Below, one piece after another: positions 50,472 to 63,845 of a DNA stretch of 64,000 nucleotides. This DNA is from Chlorokybus atmophyticus (lineage: Eukaryota > Plantae > Mesostigma and Chlorokybus algae), in contig RHPI01000101.1 in assembly GCA_009103225.1 (NCBI GenBank), forward strand, positions 1 to 64,000, given 5' to 3'. The translations under genes and the position numbers were made by a program. Each line of letters begins with the position of its first letter. Positions within the stretch are counted from its first letter, which is position 1. The notes under the pieces are model-generated. The model was given only the letters and a program-made list of their open reading frames with translations, searched no databases and was not told the origin of the DNA.

Positions 50472-53400
50472 CGTGTGATTCTGATAGTGGCTTTTGTGTA
50501 GGTGTTGATGTTGGAGCGAAATGTTAAAGACCTTGAGGAGGAGCGTTCCTCCCTCCAATCCAACGAGCACCGTCTCTACGACTGCCTCGAGCGCAAGCGC
50601 GCCAAGAAGCAGCGCCACAAGCGTGCCCGCGAGGACCTAACTCGCACCCTCTCACTCATGGAGGACGCCGCCCGTGATGCCAACGCCCGCGTGCTGGACG
50701 CCGACGGGGAGGTCGCTCACGCCCGCGCGGAGGTGGACAAGGCCAAGGAGGAGGCGGAGCAGTTGGTGAAGGAGGCGGAGGAGAAGGTGCGTGAAGTGGA
50801 GAGGTGCTTGGGGCAGGCGAGAGTGGAGATGCAGGCGGTGCAGGCGGCGAGAGATGAGGCGATGTGGTCGAGAGTGGATGTGGAACAACAGCTGAAGGAG
50901 GCCAAGACGCAAGCTGCGGAAGAGCTCAAGTATGCACTTTCAGCGTGTGTGTATGGGCATGTATTAGTGGGCATGCGACAGGAGCATTGCACAATGCATG
51001 TTGTTGCTGATGACGATGATGTCGATGTTGTTGGTATCGTTGATGAGGATGGTAAGCATGAACGCGTGCGCAGGAAGGAGCAAGAGTCTCGCGCGCAAGC
51101 GATTACCGACCTGGAGGCCAAACATGCAGCAGAACTCGCCGAGCTTCAAGTGCGTGCACACAAGCACACACACGCATGTGCACTCGCACACAGGCACGCA
51201 CAGACACCCACTCGCACACAGGCCTCCCTGGACCTCACCACCCGTCTCCTCTCCGCCTCCACCCTGGAGCTCTCCCAATCCAACGACCGCGCCCGTCGCC
51301 TCGCCCGCGACATCGAGTCCTCTTCCCGTCTCTCCGCTTCGCAGGAGGCTGAGGTGGCTATGTTGACCCTGCGTGTGGCCGAGGCCGAGAGGGAGGGGAG
51401 GAGGGTGGCGGAGGAGCACAAGGAGGAGATGGTTGGGGTGAGGGAGGAGATGAGGGGGATGAGGGAGGTGATGGAGGATAGGACGGCGGAGGTGAAGGAG
51501 TGCGAGGGGAAAGTGAAGGAGGCGGAGAGGGAGGTGGCGAGGACGAATACGGAGCTACGGCTACTGCAGAACCAGTATGTGGAGTTTAGAACTCAAGCAT
51601 TTCATACACGCGCACGCACACGCACACGCACACATAGCGTGCGTGCTGCGCTGGTTTGTGCACAAAGCTTGCACATACATTGCCACACGCGCGGTTATGC
51701 ACACGCACACTCACCCACCCACCCCCTTCCTCCCCCAGGTTGCTCCAACTCGAGGACTCCCACGCCCGCAAGCTGGACCAGATGCGCACGGAGTCCGCCG
51801 CCCGCGCCACCGCACTCAACGCCGCGCAGGAGGCCGCCCGCGTGGCGACGGCCGCGAAAGACAACGCCGAGAAGGAGGCCCTCCAACGGCTGAGGGAGGT
51901 CACTGAGACACGCGACCGCGCGGACCGGGTGGAGGAGAGGGCGGAGGGGTTGGAGGAGGAGTTGAGGAAGGCGCATGTGGTAATGTGGCAGTGTGAGGGC
52001 ATGTGTGTACAGGGACTGATGTGTCAGGAAGGATGTGGGGTTGAATGAGAAGTGTGTGTGTTGTAGGATGGAAAGAGGATGGAACTTGAGCTGCGAGAGA
52101 TGGAGGGAAAGCTGAGGGCAGCGACGGCGAGTGCCACACAACTTCAAGCTGAGGTGCGCACATATGTACGCATGCGAATCCGCACGCAGACGCACCCACG
52201 CATACACACATGCCCGCTTGCATTCATTGCAGGTAGAGAGAGTGCGCCACACGTTGGCGCTGGAGCACAACTCCACGATGGCGATGTCTCGCCAGGTGGC
52301 TTTATCTCAGCAGCGCTCCGCACGTGCAACAGTCCACTGGCTGACCTTACGCACACGCACCCTCAAACAAGCCCTGTCCCACGCGCGTAGCGACTTCGCA
52401 CGCGCGGCCTCACTCGCCGTCAAAGACAAGGAGCGCAGCACCACGCAAGTGTCAATGCGAGCACAAAGCATCGTCGCCGCCGCGCGTGTCCTTGCCGAAG
52501 ACATGCGCCAGGCCCTGATTGTTGTTACTAGTGAGGGTGGGAGTAAACCCAACACGCCCGACACAACAACCCCACTCAAACCCAACAGGAGGCCTCCCTC
52601 GGGTGCGATGGCCACAATGGAGTCCGCTGAGGCTCTCGCATCTGCCTTGGCCAACATCGGTTACCCCGAGGACGCCTTCAAGGACGTCGAGAGCGCTGTC
52701 GGTGAGGTCCGCAACCACGCGAAGGCGTGCGCCAACCACATGCAGATGCTGCATAAAGCCAACATTAACTTAGAAGGAGAACGCGCAGCTGTGGCGGGAA
52801 GCGTCTTACGCTTGGAGAAAGAGATTGAAACGATCAGTACACGACTCATGTCAATGGATAACGACAACGACACGATGGACGATACAACCAACAACAACTT
52901 CGCTCGAAGCAAAGCGGCTTTGGCTCTCCTCCCCTCCCGCATACACGCCCTCGCAAACACCCTCACTATCCCACTCGACACCTCCCCACTCCCCCCTCCC
53001 ACCACCACCACCACCACCACCACCACCACAACAACAACAAGTTCCACATCAACGACATATGAATCTTACATCACCCTCCATCGTAAGCGTCTGGATGCCG
53101 CGGAGACCCTCGCGGCCGTATCCGAGATGGAGAAGGCGTGTGCGCGCGCGTTCGTGGAGACGAGGGAGGCGAGGGTGGCGCTGGAGAGGGCGAGGAGGGA
53201 GGCGGAGGAGGCGAGGGAGGAGGGGAGGGCCAGGGAGCAGGAGGGGAGAGAGAAGCAGTCGGAAGGTGAGTGGAGAGGTTGTGTTGGGGGGTTTGGGAGG
53301 GGGAGTGATGGTGTTGATGTTGATGTTGTGTGCGTGTGCAGAGGCGGTGTTGATGATACGGAAGGGGATGGAGGATATTCAACAGGCGTCGGAAGAGATG

Positions 53401-56400
53401 ATCACACAGGTATCCCACACACACGTAGATGTGCACGCAAAGTCGCACATGCGCCAATGTGCACACGCACCAATGTGCACACGCACAGGCAAAAACACAC
53501 ATGTACGCACACACATGCGCGCTTGTGAGCATGTGTTTGCACACACGCACACGCACGTACTCACGCACGCATACACACACACACACACACACACACAGCA
53601 GGTGCATGATCAAGCACGTGAAGCACGTGCTCACGCAGTTGTCACAATACAACTCCTTCCCCACAGGTGGAGCAACGCTCCCTCACCTCCCTCTCCCTCC
53701 TCTCTTCCAAGCTCTCTTCCTCCCTCTCCTCCCTCCACACCCTCTCCCTCCTCCTCCTCTCCACTCTCTCCTCCCTCTCCTCCACCCGCGCCGCCCACAA
53801 CACTCTCCTCGCCACCCACAACACCGCCATGGCCGAGGTTGACGCCCTGCTTGGGGAGATGGATGATGTGAAGAAGGAGAGGGATGTGGTCAAGGAGGAG
53901 AGGGATGAGGCCAGGAAGGAACGGGAGAAGGTCAAGGAGGAGAAGGAGGAGATGGAGATGCAGGTGGTGGAGGGGAAGAAGAGTGAGAGGGAGGCGGCGT
54001 GGAAGGCGCAGGAGGCGGAGGAGAGAGCAGGTGAGAGTGTGGGTGTGGGTGGATGGGTAGGTGGGTGGGTGGGTGGGGTGCGTGTGTGTATGTGTCGATG
54101 AGATGTTTTCTTGTGTAGTGTCGGTGGGTGTGGCAAGACAGGAGGCTGAGAGGGCTGCGGCCCTTGCGAGCGCGTTGTTGGAGTCTGTCAAGATGCAGGT
54201 ACGTTGCTGGTGTTGTTGTTGCTGTTGTTGTTGTTGCCAAGCTGTGTCTAGACGCTCTGTGACACAAACGTATGTGTGATGTTGCGTACGCAGTTGCAAA
54301 GCGAGAAGCTCACTTCAGCATCCCTCAGCCAGCAAGTGTCGCAGCTCAAGACAACACTGGTATACAGACATACACACTCCCAACCCAACCTCACCTCTCT
54401 CCCACTCGGTTTCCCAAACCTGTATACACCACTCACACACACACACACACACACAAACACGTTTGCAGGACGACAGCGTCCCCATCTCTGACCTCATCCG
54501 CACCCAAGACGCCCTGACGGCCGCCACCTCCGAGCACGCGGCCGCGCAGGAGGCGCTGGCTGCGCTCAACAAGGAGTACAACGGCATGGCCGCCCAGCTT
54601 GAAGCGGAGAGAGTGAACGTGGCGGAGGTGGAGAATGCACTGGCGGAGGCGCAGTACAAGGTGGGTGAGAGGGTGGGTTGGGTGTGTATATAAGGTGTGC
54701 GTGCGTGTGGGTAAGTGTTTTTGCATATGTGCGCGTGTGCAAAGGTGTGCTTCTGCGCACATGCGTGTATAGGACACTGTGTCTGTTTCATGCATTATTT
54801 GCGTGGTCCCCATTTGTAGAAGTGTTGTATGTGCGTACGCGCCGTGTATGCACGCACAGGCACACACGCACGTGTACTTGACTTGCATTTGTGATGAAAC
54901 GACCACTTGCGTGTGCAACAAGATGACTTGACTTTACATTGTTGTCTTCAGGTGACCACATTGGAGTTGCAGACCCAAACCGATGCGCAAGCCCTCCAGC
55001 GCGGATCCGAAGCAGAGATATCCTTACGCTCATTAACCGACGAGCTCACAAAAACAAAGGTAGTAGAACGTTGATCATTGTACCACATCTCGTTGGGCTT
55101 GATTGTGTAACACATTATCACACACAGGAGGAGTTGCGGCTCGCGCGCATGCCGACTTTACGCCAAGCGTGGTGCGGTACGGTTCCGACATCTCAGTCCT
55201 CCCCGTCGATATTGCTCCCGCTGCCCGTGCTGCGCGCGGTGATATCGCAGATATACGCCGCGAAGCTCGCCGCGGGTGCCACGGCCGAGAACGCCCTCGC
55301 CATGCGGGACTTTGTGTACAACGCGTTCATGTACAAATTTGGCGTGCGGGCCGTGGCTGAACAACACCTTCACGGGTAGGATGCGAGTGTGGAATGTGGT
55401 GTGTGGTGGTGGTGCGTGTGACAAAGTCGTGTATGTGCATAGGTTGTTGGAAGCGGTGCGGGAACATAGGTCCATCTCACTGTTTGTGGCGACTTTCGGG
55501 GACCTGTGCGGGGCTGAACTGGACAAAGCGCTGCCCGATGACGCTACCGGCTTCTTTACACTGGCATGTCATGCTATTAGCCTTCTAGCCGTCGGCAGCT
55601 GTTGCACAAGCAACATGCGCGCACGCACACACACACACGCACACATGCACTCACACACATTACTCCCATGCAGGTTCTGTCCAAGGTTGTCCAGTCTGCC
55701 ATTGCCAGCATCAGCGCCGAGTCCGCCACCGAAGGCGACGTGAGGCTGCCGAAGACTCTCCCCGTGGCGACGGCTGTGACCATCATGAGCGACATCTGCA
55801 AGCTCGCCGTCGGCGTGGAGCTCGAGGACTTCAACCGCAAGATCAACGCTGCCGGGGCGGATGTGGCCACGGACATGTTCATGTCAGAGGTGAGAAGTGG
55901 GGTTGTAGTGACAAGTCATTTATGTTTGGTATGCATCACCTTGGCTTGAGTGTGTGGGTGTGTGTGTAGGCGATACAAGTGTACGTGGTCGATCGGGAGA
56001 ATGCGGCTCAACGCATAGCTCAGCTGTTTGATGATGCTGACAAGGACGGGAGCGTGTCGCTGACCTTCCCCGAGTTCTCCGGATTGTGCTCAACGGTAAG
56101 GACTTTGCCAGACACGGTTCACGACACACTGAGCTGTTGTTGTTGCTGTTGTTGTTGACTCTTGTGTCAGGTGTATGCTGGCGTGAATGAGAGGGAGAAG
56201 AAGGTCATGTTCCGAGAGGGACTGCTCTTGTCGCGTTCAGGGACCAAAGTGGCAAGGGAGGCCTTTGTCCAGGTGCACATGCTGGTTGGTGGTTGCTTGT
56301 CAGTTGGAGTACTTGTGTATCTGTGCCATAGCCGAGGCTCTTGTCGCTGTCCACAGGTGGCCAGAAACCATGGGCTTGGATGCATACCCTGCCTGGCGCA

Positions 56401-57040
56401 GCCGATACAAACCAATGCAAGTGGACATGTAGTCACTTTTGTTTATTTGAAATTCACTTCCACGCATGCTTGTGGTAACCTTGTGTCCACCTCCACCCGC
56501 CACGACAGGCTCTGAAGAAGACAAGCGATGCGGAAGAGAGCGAACTGTTGGAATTTTCGTGGCGTGCGATGCAACCGCTTATATTAAAGCACGGGTGAGA
56601 GAGTTGTTACACGTGCGCAGCGCTAAAGCATAGGGATTACGTTGTATCGACGAGCGTGTCAAAACAGGTCGGCAACAGACAAGGAGGCCCTGGAGCGATG
56701 CAAGGTGCTGGCGGAGGCTAAGTACCAACCGCACACAGCATGGCAGGTATGTGCTTGGTTGACATGACCAAGTAGTGGCAGCTTGACTGGAGTCTTACCA
56801 ACCTGGTCTTGGTGCAGCTGTACAGACAAGTTATCATGGACTGCTACGCTCATGCGGAAGCAGAAAGGTTTAGGACAAGGTATGAGATTGACAATTAATT
56901 GACAATTAATTTGCCGGCCTGAATATTTGTACTGCTCTGTAGCGTTAGGATGACGGCATATTGTTGCTTGTGGCAGGGAGGAGAGGTTGAACTCTGTGGG
57001 TGTCCTTGCGTACTGCACACCCACACTAGTCGCTGTGTAG
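47984..57040 (+). CDS. Very large coiled-coil protein with a TSNAXIP1-like C-terminal region and an EF-hand-like motif (probable ciliary/basal-body protein)
   Basis: More than 20 GT-AG exons with long E/R/K/A heptad stretches. C-terminal VISQIYAAKLAA...MRDFVYNAFMYKFGVRAVAEQHLHGLLEAV...FGDLCG and FDDADKDGSVSLTFPEF. Last exon ends ...TLVAV TAG 57040. Family assignment is from motif recall. Confidence 0.75.
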
Positions 57041-57229
57041 TCACTTCAGCGTATACAGTAAATTCGGCTAAGTGACAGCAAGCATCCAGAGCCTAGAGAA
57101 CTCTGCATGACAGCATGCGAGATAGCGAGTAGGATCATCTTTGAACACTGTATATACAATGGCGCAGATACATGTCCATACAGCACCTTCGATGGTTGCA
57201 ATGTGCTACAGCTTCTACCACTGCAACTA

Positions 57230-59825
57230 TCATGACGAGGAGCGCCGCAGAGATGGGTTTGCCGTCGACTCCGGCACAGCAATGAATTGTTTAAACACAA
57301 CCAACACGGCACTCATGTTGTCGCAGCCCAACCCCGTGCCTCCAGTGTCTGGCGCTATACATGTGTTGAACATCTCTTCAACAATCTGCGACAGCTTCTC
57401 CCGCTTGTGCAATCGCTGGTGCACAAAGTCAACGGCTTCTTGGCTGCTCATCACATCCCAGATGCCATCCTGCGAAAATGTTGTCACATACTGTGGCAAC
57501 TAGCAACGCGCTTTGTGCTACCACCAAATCTGCATCACTGCTTGTTCACCATTACAAACAATGCAATGAGAACTTACACATGCGAGTAGTAGAAACTCGT
57601 CACCGTCTTGCAGTTGGACTTGCTTAATATCTGGGTGTGCAGTGACAATCTGTGCCTCAGGACCGCGCTTGGGATTGCTCTTGTACTCCATATCACCTAT
57701 TAAGAACGATGCAATGCATATGTACATGTGTGTTGCCTAGAGTGCTGCAGCATGCCGAACAATAGCAAGCAATCCTCACCAATTGCACGGGACAGTGCCA
57801 GCACGCCGTTGACCCTGCCATCTGCAATAAAACCTCCTGCTGCCAAGATGCGTGTCCGCTCTATCTCACTGTCAGGCTTGTGATCCTTGCTCAACTCAAT
57901 TGCCTGCACAAGGCAATCACAAGAGGTTCTGAGCGTACGAAATGTGCAGACAACTACCATGACTAAGCAGATCAATGATACATATAACAAAAGGTACTGT
58001 GTGCTGCACGCTGATCAGACTGCTGCGCACACTGCACGTACATTGTTAACCAGGGAACATATGCAAACAACACGTGCACCATGTCCATACCAAGAGTCAC
58101 CTGGTGCAGCTTGTGGGAAACATGCCAAATAGCTAAGAACGAAGCATGGCCAATGCAATCACAGTAGGTACCTGTCCTTTGCGCGACAGCACAGCTCTAG
58201 AATCTCCTGCGTTCGCCACTATCAAGGTGTCACCCCGCATCACAGCTGTCACAGCGGTACTGCCAGCTGTTGGACCTTCATATGTGCTCTGCACAACCAG
58301 GTCTGTTGGTGCCAATGACTGTACTCATGGGACAGTTTCTTGCAAACATGCTGTCATGTAGTAGCCACTGGGACAGCACAACCTCAACTTTGCTGTGAAG
58401 AGACACATGCACAAACCTTAGAAGAGGATGATTGTTTGGAGGCCCGAGTTTGCGAACCCTCAGCCTCAGCCTCACTTGTGTGCGATTTGTGACCCCCTTG
58501 CACTTCTTCCTCCTGGTCTTCAGGGGCAGCAGCCACTGCACCTCCTTTGCGACCAGAGTCCTCGCGAGACTCCCCCGCCAGCGCTTCCAGCTCTCTGCGG
58601 GCGCTCTCCGACCGCATCAAGACATCCATCTTCAAGTACGCAGCAGATAAGGCCTCCGCCAGGTTTGCACTTCCTTTGATAGCGCCTGTCACGACAACTT
58701 TTCAGCAAATGGTGCTGGTGCAACTGACATGCAGTTTCTTGGTTGATATGTGCAACGTGCCGCATACTACGAGCAGAATATGCAGCAATGCACTGCCAAG
58801 AGCAAATCCAATTCAACTTTATTGCCTGTTGCCCCAGCTGGAACATGGCACCACAAGTCTCATCTACAATTACGTGCAGTCGTGACTGCCACATTCAATG
58901 GGTGTCCGTCGCCAATGCTTTCATGCGAGCGGCATGGCACAGCTTGGATGCTTATGCATTGATTACGTGTGTTTAAAGTCCCTACCACCCGCTTTGTGCA
59001 ATCACAACAATGTGCATAGTTGATGAAGCTCGAGCCTCGAAGAGCCATGATGCGCAAGCTTGCGCCATTGCAGATGTGCATCAACCACAAGCGACCGCCC
59101 TAAATACACTCAGGCGAACCTCAACTCAGTGCAAGTGCACAATTGCTGCACATGGTAATACTGGCTGTTTCAGAAATGGATGTGTGGACTGCGTACATGG
59201 CGAGACCCCGACGGATACCTCGACAGCCAATGCGCATGGCCTAGCCAAAAGCTGACATACCAGTATGTAGTCCATGTACTAAAACAACTGACCCGTGTGG
59301 ACAGGAGTACCAATACAAAGTTGTGCACATGCTGACAGCTGCTCATGACTGTTGCTGAGATGTACCGTAAAGCAAGTTCTATGTGCAGCTGGCGCATGAC
59401 GAAGCCGTAAGTGCAGAGGTTGTGTACAGGTTTTCGCAGCGACCACCATTGATGCTGCCGCACGTAAAGCTCACGACGTATACAGGTATATACCCATTCT
59501 AAAGAGGATGAGATCCGCCAGGGTAATGAGCTAGCTGCAGCCGTGACATGCTCACGGCCCAGCTCTGGCCAATCGCTGACGCTTGTCGAACCAGTAACTT
59601 ACCGGGGAGGTGCTTGGCGCAGTAGAGAGCGACCTCCTTGCCACCGTGGCCGTCGTATACGCCGAACAGGTGGGTGGCCTGGTCATCGATGTCCAGGAGC
59701 GTGGCGTGCGCGTCCTCCATGCCGAGTCTCCACCCCTGCATGGCGCTGGACCCAAAGGCCACGGCGTCGTTCGCCCCATCGCTGCTGGTCTTGTTCGTGT
59801 TGGGCGTGCTCAAATACGCCCCCAT
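57230..59825 (-). CDS. PP2C: Protein phosphatase 2C (PPM1G-like, N-terminal MG)
   Basis: MGAYLSTP...[14 protein letters not shown]...[63 protein letters not shown]. Confidence 0.97.
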
Positions 59826-60248
59826 CCCTCCACTCGCATCCGCCGCACAGCCAAACCCCCCTCCCCCAACTTCAACCCCGCTGCCCCGGCCAACCTCCCC
59901 AACCACACCTCCGCCACAAAACCCTAGGTCGTACAACTTCCGCATTAGGGTTGTTGGGCGGACCTCTTCCTTCCATTCCAACCTCCTGTGGTCTCGGAAG
60001 GTCGTCCTGAACGTTCGCTCTTTCATAACAAAAGCAGCAGACTCGCCCACTAAGCAGGTGACACGTACACGCACATGACGTTGAGAAGTACGGTACGCGC
60101 GTTACACCTTGTGCGTCAGCAATTTGGTTGTTAGCGCATCTCTGTGGTCTGATAGATCGCTTGGAGTGTTTCAGGTACTGAAATACTACAGCTATACCTG
60201 AGGTATCCTGTAGTGTCTCGAATACAGGCTTCAGACACTGCGTTCAGC

Positions 60249-62276
60249 ATGTCGCTAAGCACATTGGTGCATGTTGGCGGCGGCGACATGGGTGACGGCG
60301 GCGGCGGTGCCGGCGGCAGTGGTGTCGACGTTAACAAGGGGAGGTCTGTACGGAGCCGTGAGAGTTTCGAGTATGGCCCCGAGATGGCAGCTGCAAGGAC
60401 GAAGTACGCTCCCTACGTTCGGAACGACGAGTATGGCGTCATTGGGGAGTCCCCACGCAGGCAAGCTACAACCACAAGGACATGCCAGCGACCACGTCTG
60501 TGTGCATGCCAAGCAGCTGATTATGCGCTTTGTTGCTGTTCAGGTTGGGGACGAAGGTGAGGGTGTGGGTGGGGACGGCGGTGCTGGTGCCGGTGAGGAT
60601 GTCGTTGGTTGTATGCGTTATATTCTTCTTCTTCCTGGTGTGCCGGTGCGCAGTGGCGGCGGCGGCAGTGGTAGCGTGGCTGAGGGTAGAGCCACGTGGC
60701 GCCGCTCCGTTGTACGACGGCCGCCGCAGCCCCGTAGTGGTGTGGTTTGGGCGGTGGTGTGCCAGGACATTGCTGTTCGTGCTGGGCTTCTACTACATTG
60801 AGAAAAGGAGAGTGGTAGGCAGTGGCGAAGACAATAGTAACAGCAACAGTTTTGTGGCTGTTGTCTCCAATCACATCAGCTATCTGGACATCCTCTACCA
60901 CATGTCCGACAGCTTCCCCTCCTTTGTCGCAAAGGTGATTAACACGCAAGATCTAAGACATTGTGAATATCAGTCACGCACGCAGTAAAGCTATCAAACG
61001 GTCAAACATAACACAATTATGAATATATACAAACAATGGTACTATGCATGTGTGGACATGGCAATTCTGCACTCAGTAGTTAAGGAATGCAGCAACCAAT
61101 GGGGGAAGGAGTTAATGAAGCGGGTGGTTGAGGCTTTATGATCTGCTATGCACTAGTATCAATACCTATGTAGGGCGAATGCGCTCGTGACTCAGCAACA
61201 GTGCATGTGTTCCCACCTGCTGTTGTGCACGTGCTGCGCAGCGCGTTGAACCAATATGTATTTCACGCACACACAATTGCCGCAGCGTGCACTGTTGCGT
61301 TAAGGGGACCTGATGATGCGATCAATGTTTCTGGTAGGCAGGGACTCGAAAGGTGCCGCTTGTCGGCGCCATCAGGTGCGCAAAAGAGAGTGTGTAACTT
61401 TTTTGTGTCACCGGTTCTCATTGCTTGCTTATCGCTTGCTTGATGTTGTGATAATTCAGCGAGTGCATGGGCTGCGTGTACGTTGACCGCGAGGTCGCCG
61501 ATGCCACGCGCAACGGAGTGTCCGGTAAGGTTGTAACCCGGAATGACTGTTTATGTACTTGAAGTCTGCAGTCATGTATACATAACAACGACAACAACAG
61601 GATTGGTGAAAGCACGCTTAGAGGCTCGCAGGCAAGAACCGCACAACTACCAGCCAATGTTGTTGTTCCCTGGTGAGTGTGTGCGATGTAACATCGCCGA
61701 TGATGCACATGCATTATTTGTTTATTGTGATGATAAATATTCACTAGGCTTTATTTCTTCCATTTTAGAGGGCACAACAACAAATGGGGAATACTTGCTG
61801 CCCTTCAAGACGGGAGCGTTTCTGGCGGGCGCACCCGTCAAACCCGTGCTGCTTCGCTACAAGTGGCAACACTTCAGCCCTGCCTGGGAAACCATCACTG
61901 CGGTACTACTAATGGTGTGGTTGTTGTTGTCCTTGAACATGTGATAACACAGTCGCACCCCACTGCGTGCGCAGCCTCGGCACATCCAGCTCCTCTGCAG
62001 CCAGCTGTACAACACGCTCGAGGTGGTGGAACTCCCCACGTATGTGCCGAGCGCGGAAGAGGCGGTCGACCCTGCGCTGTATGCCGCCAACGTGCGCGCA
62101 TATATGGCCAAAGAGGTATGTGTGACAGTATGTTGTTGGTTTGTGTTGAGTTGTGTCACCTGACTGGGTGTGCGCTTTGTGAAACGCAGGGTGGGCTCGT
62201 CCCTTCGAGCCTGACACTGCAAGACAAACGCGCCTACCAGTCGATACTGCTAGGGAAGTCATTCAAAGGAGATTGA
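60249..62276 (+). CDS. LPEAT: Lysophospholipid acyltransferase (plant LPEAT1-like)
   Basis: KYAPYVRND, VSNHISYLDIL (HX4D), FVAK, LFPEGTTTNG..LLPFKTGAF, PVKPVLLRY, LYAANVR. The first intron is GC-AG (60461-60543). Confidence 0.93.
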
Positions 62277-62635
62277 CAATGTAAATGATAGATCACATTT
62301 CTAGACCTGTTGCTGTGACAAAGGTGCAATATACATTCATGTACATCTTGATTCTCTTGCAAGGGTATATGTACCGCTACTTTTACCTCACTCGCTCATG
62401 TATGGCTGTTGTTGCCTAATGTCAGCAATGAGCAGCTTCTTCAAGCAAAACCCAATGATATGACAATGCAGTAGCTGCAGTAGCTTACAACAAAAGGCAC
62501 AACACAATAAAAGCGGGACTCGAGACAAACGCGAAAACTGGGTTGTATATATACTAAGTCGGTTGGTACTTGCTAGCAACACATACAACAGAGAGGCAAA
62601 CCAACTACCTGCACACCATTTCTCATCTCACGCTA

Positions 62636-63845
62636 TCATGATGAGGCCGCTGCGCGCGTCGCAGCTGCGTTGGTGCCGGCAGCCACCACAGCGGCAATCT
62701 TGCGGAAAGCCGTGGCGGCAGCGGTGTTGTACACAATGAGGCCAAGGAACAGCACGCCCGCACCGGCGTAGAAGGCGTTGTCGAGCACGGGTGGTGCGCC
62801 GATGAAGGGGAGGGGCAGCGTAAATGCTAACACAGTCAAGGGAACTGCATAACACAAATTACATCATGTTGGTATGCGCGATGCTGGACATGCAAACACA
62901 TATACCAAGTGTTACGGCATGGTACGGAGTTTTGTATCTACATGTATCTACATGTGTCAATATGTGTGCGTAGTAGGACACACGCAAACAGAAGCCATGC
63001 TACCACTGCATAGCACCGAGACTTGCAGATGCCAGCATGCGCACATGTGCGTGTGAACCAACAAGTTGTTGGGGCATACGGGTGAGTGCGAGTTTCTCTT
63101 GCCTGAGGCGGAGATGGCGAGTGAGGGCACGACAGCGGAGGAGATCTTGAGGAGGTAGACGGCAACAATGTTGAAGGCCAGGTTGGCAAGGACATATGCA
63201 ACAGCCAGGAGGGGCGCGGCAGCACACTCAGGCCCGCCCCGGCCAAGGAAACACGCCGCACCCGCGCTCAGGTACGCCGGCAGCTCAGCCCAAGCAATGC
63301 CCTGCAAGCGCATGCATGAGCAACTGTGGTCCACAAGAAGGTACACTTTCATATAGCTCGCTCACAAACATGCGCAAGTACACATACACTAATACAACGC
63401 AAGCACCCTCATCGCATGCATGCATGTGTGTGTATCACTGATCACGTGTGGCAGCAGGAGTTACACGAATCGGGCCACAACTTGCCTGGTAGGCTGATAT
63501 GGCAGGGAGGAACAGCAGGACAAACAGCGCCTGGAACAGCGAGCTGAAGCTGTTGAGCACAAAAAGGTCCATTGAACCGCATGCTAACCGTTGCCTTGCG
63601 TCCTGCACAACAAAGCACGACACATTACAGCCATGCATGCTTACCAACGCATGCACCCATATAAGCTTAGTTACATTGGTACACACATATTTGCTGATGC
63701 AGACATGTATGCTTTTACGCGCATGCACATCACAACCTGTGCTCACCCTAAACACTGCTTCCTTCAAGATTGTGGCTGCTGCCGGAAATGCCAGCGATGC
63801 CATGTAGATGTAGGGGTAGGCGCTTTTGTTCACCACTCCAAACAC
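62636..63845 (-). CDS. CLT: CRT-like transporter (CLT family), 3' part; 5' end lies beyond the window
   Basis: ASLAFPAAATILKE, DLFVLNSFSSLFQALFVLLFLP, LPAYLSAGAACF...C...P, NLAFNIVAVYLLKISSA, VPLTVLAFTLPLP. Confidence 0.9.
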
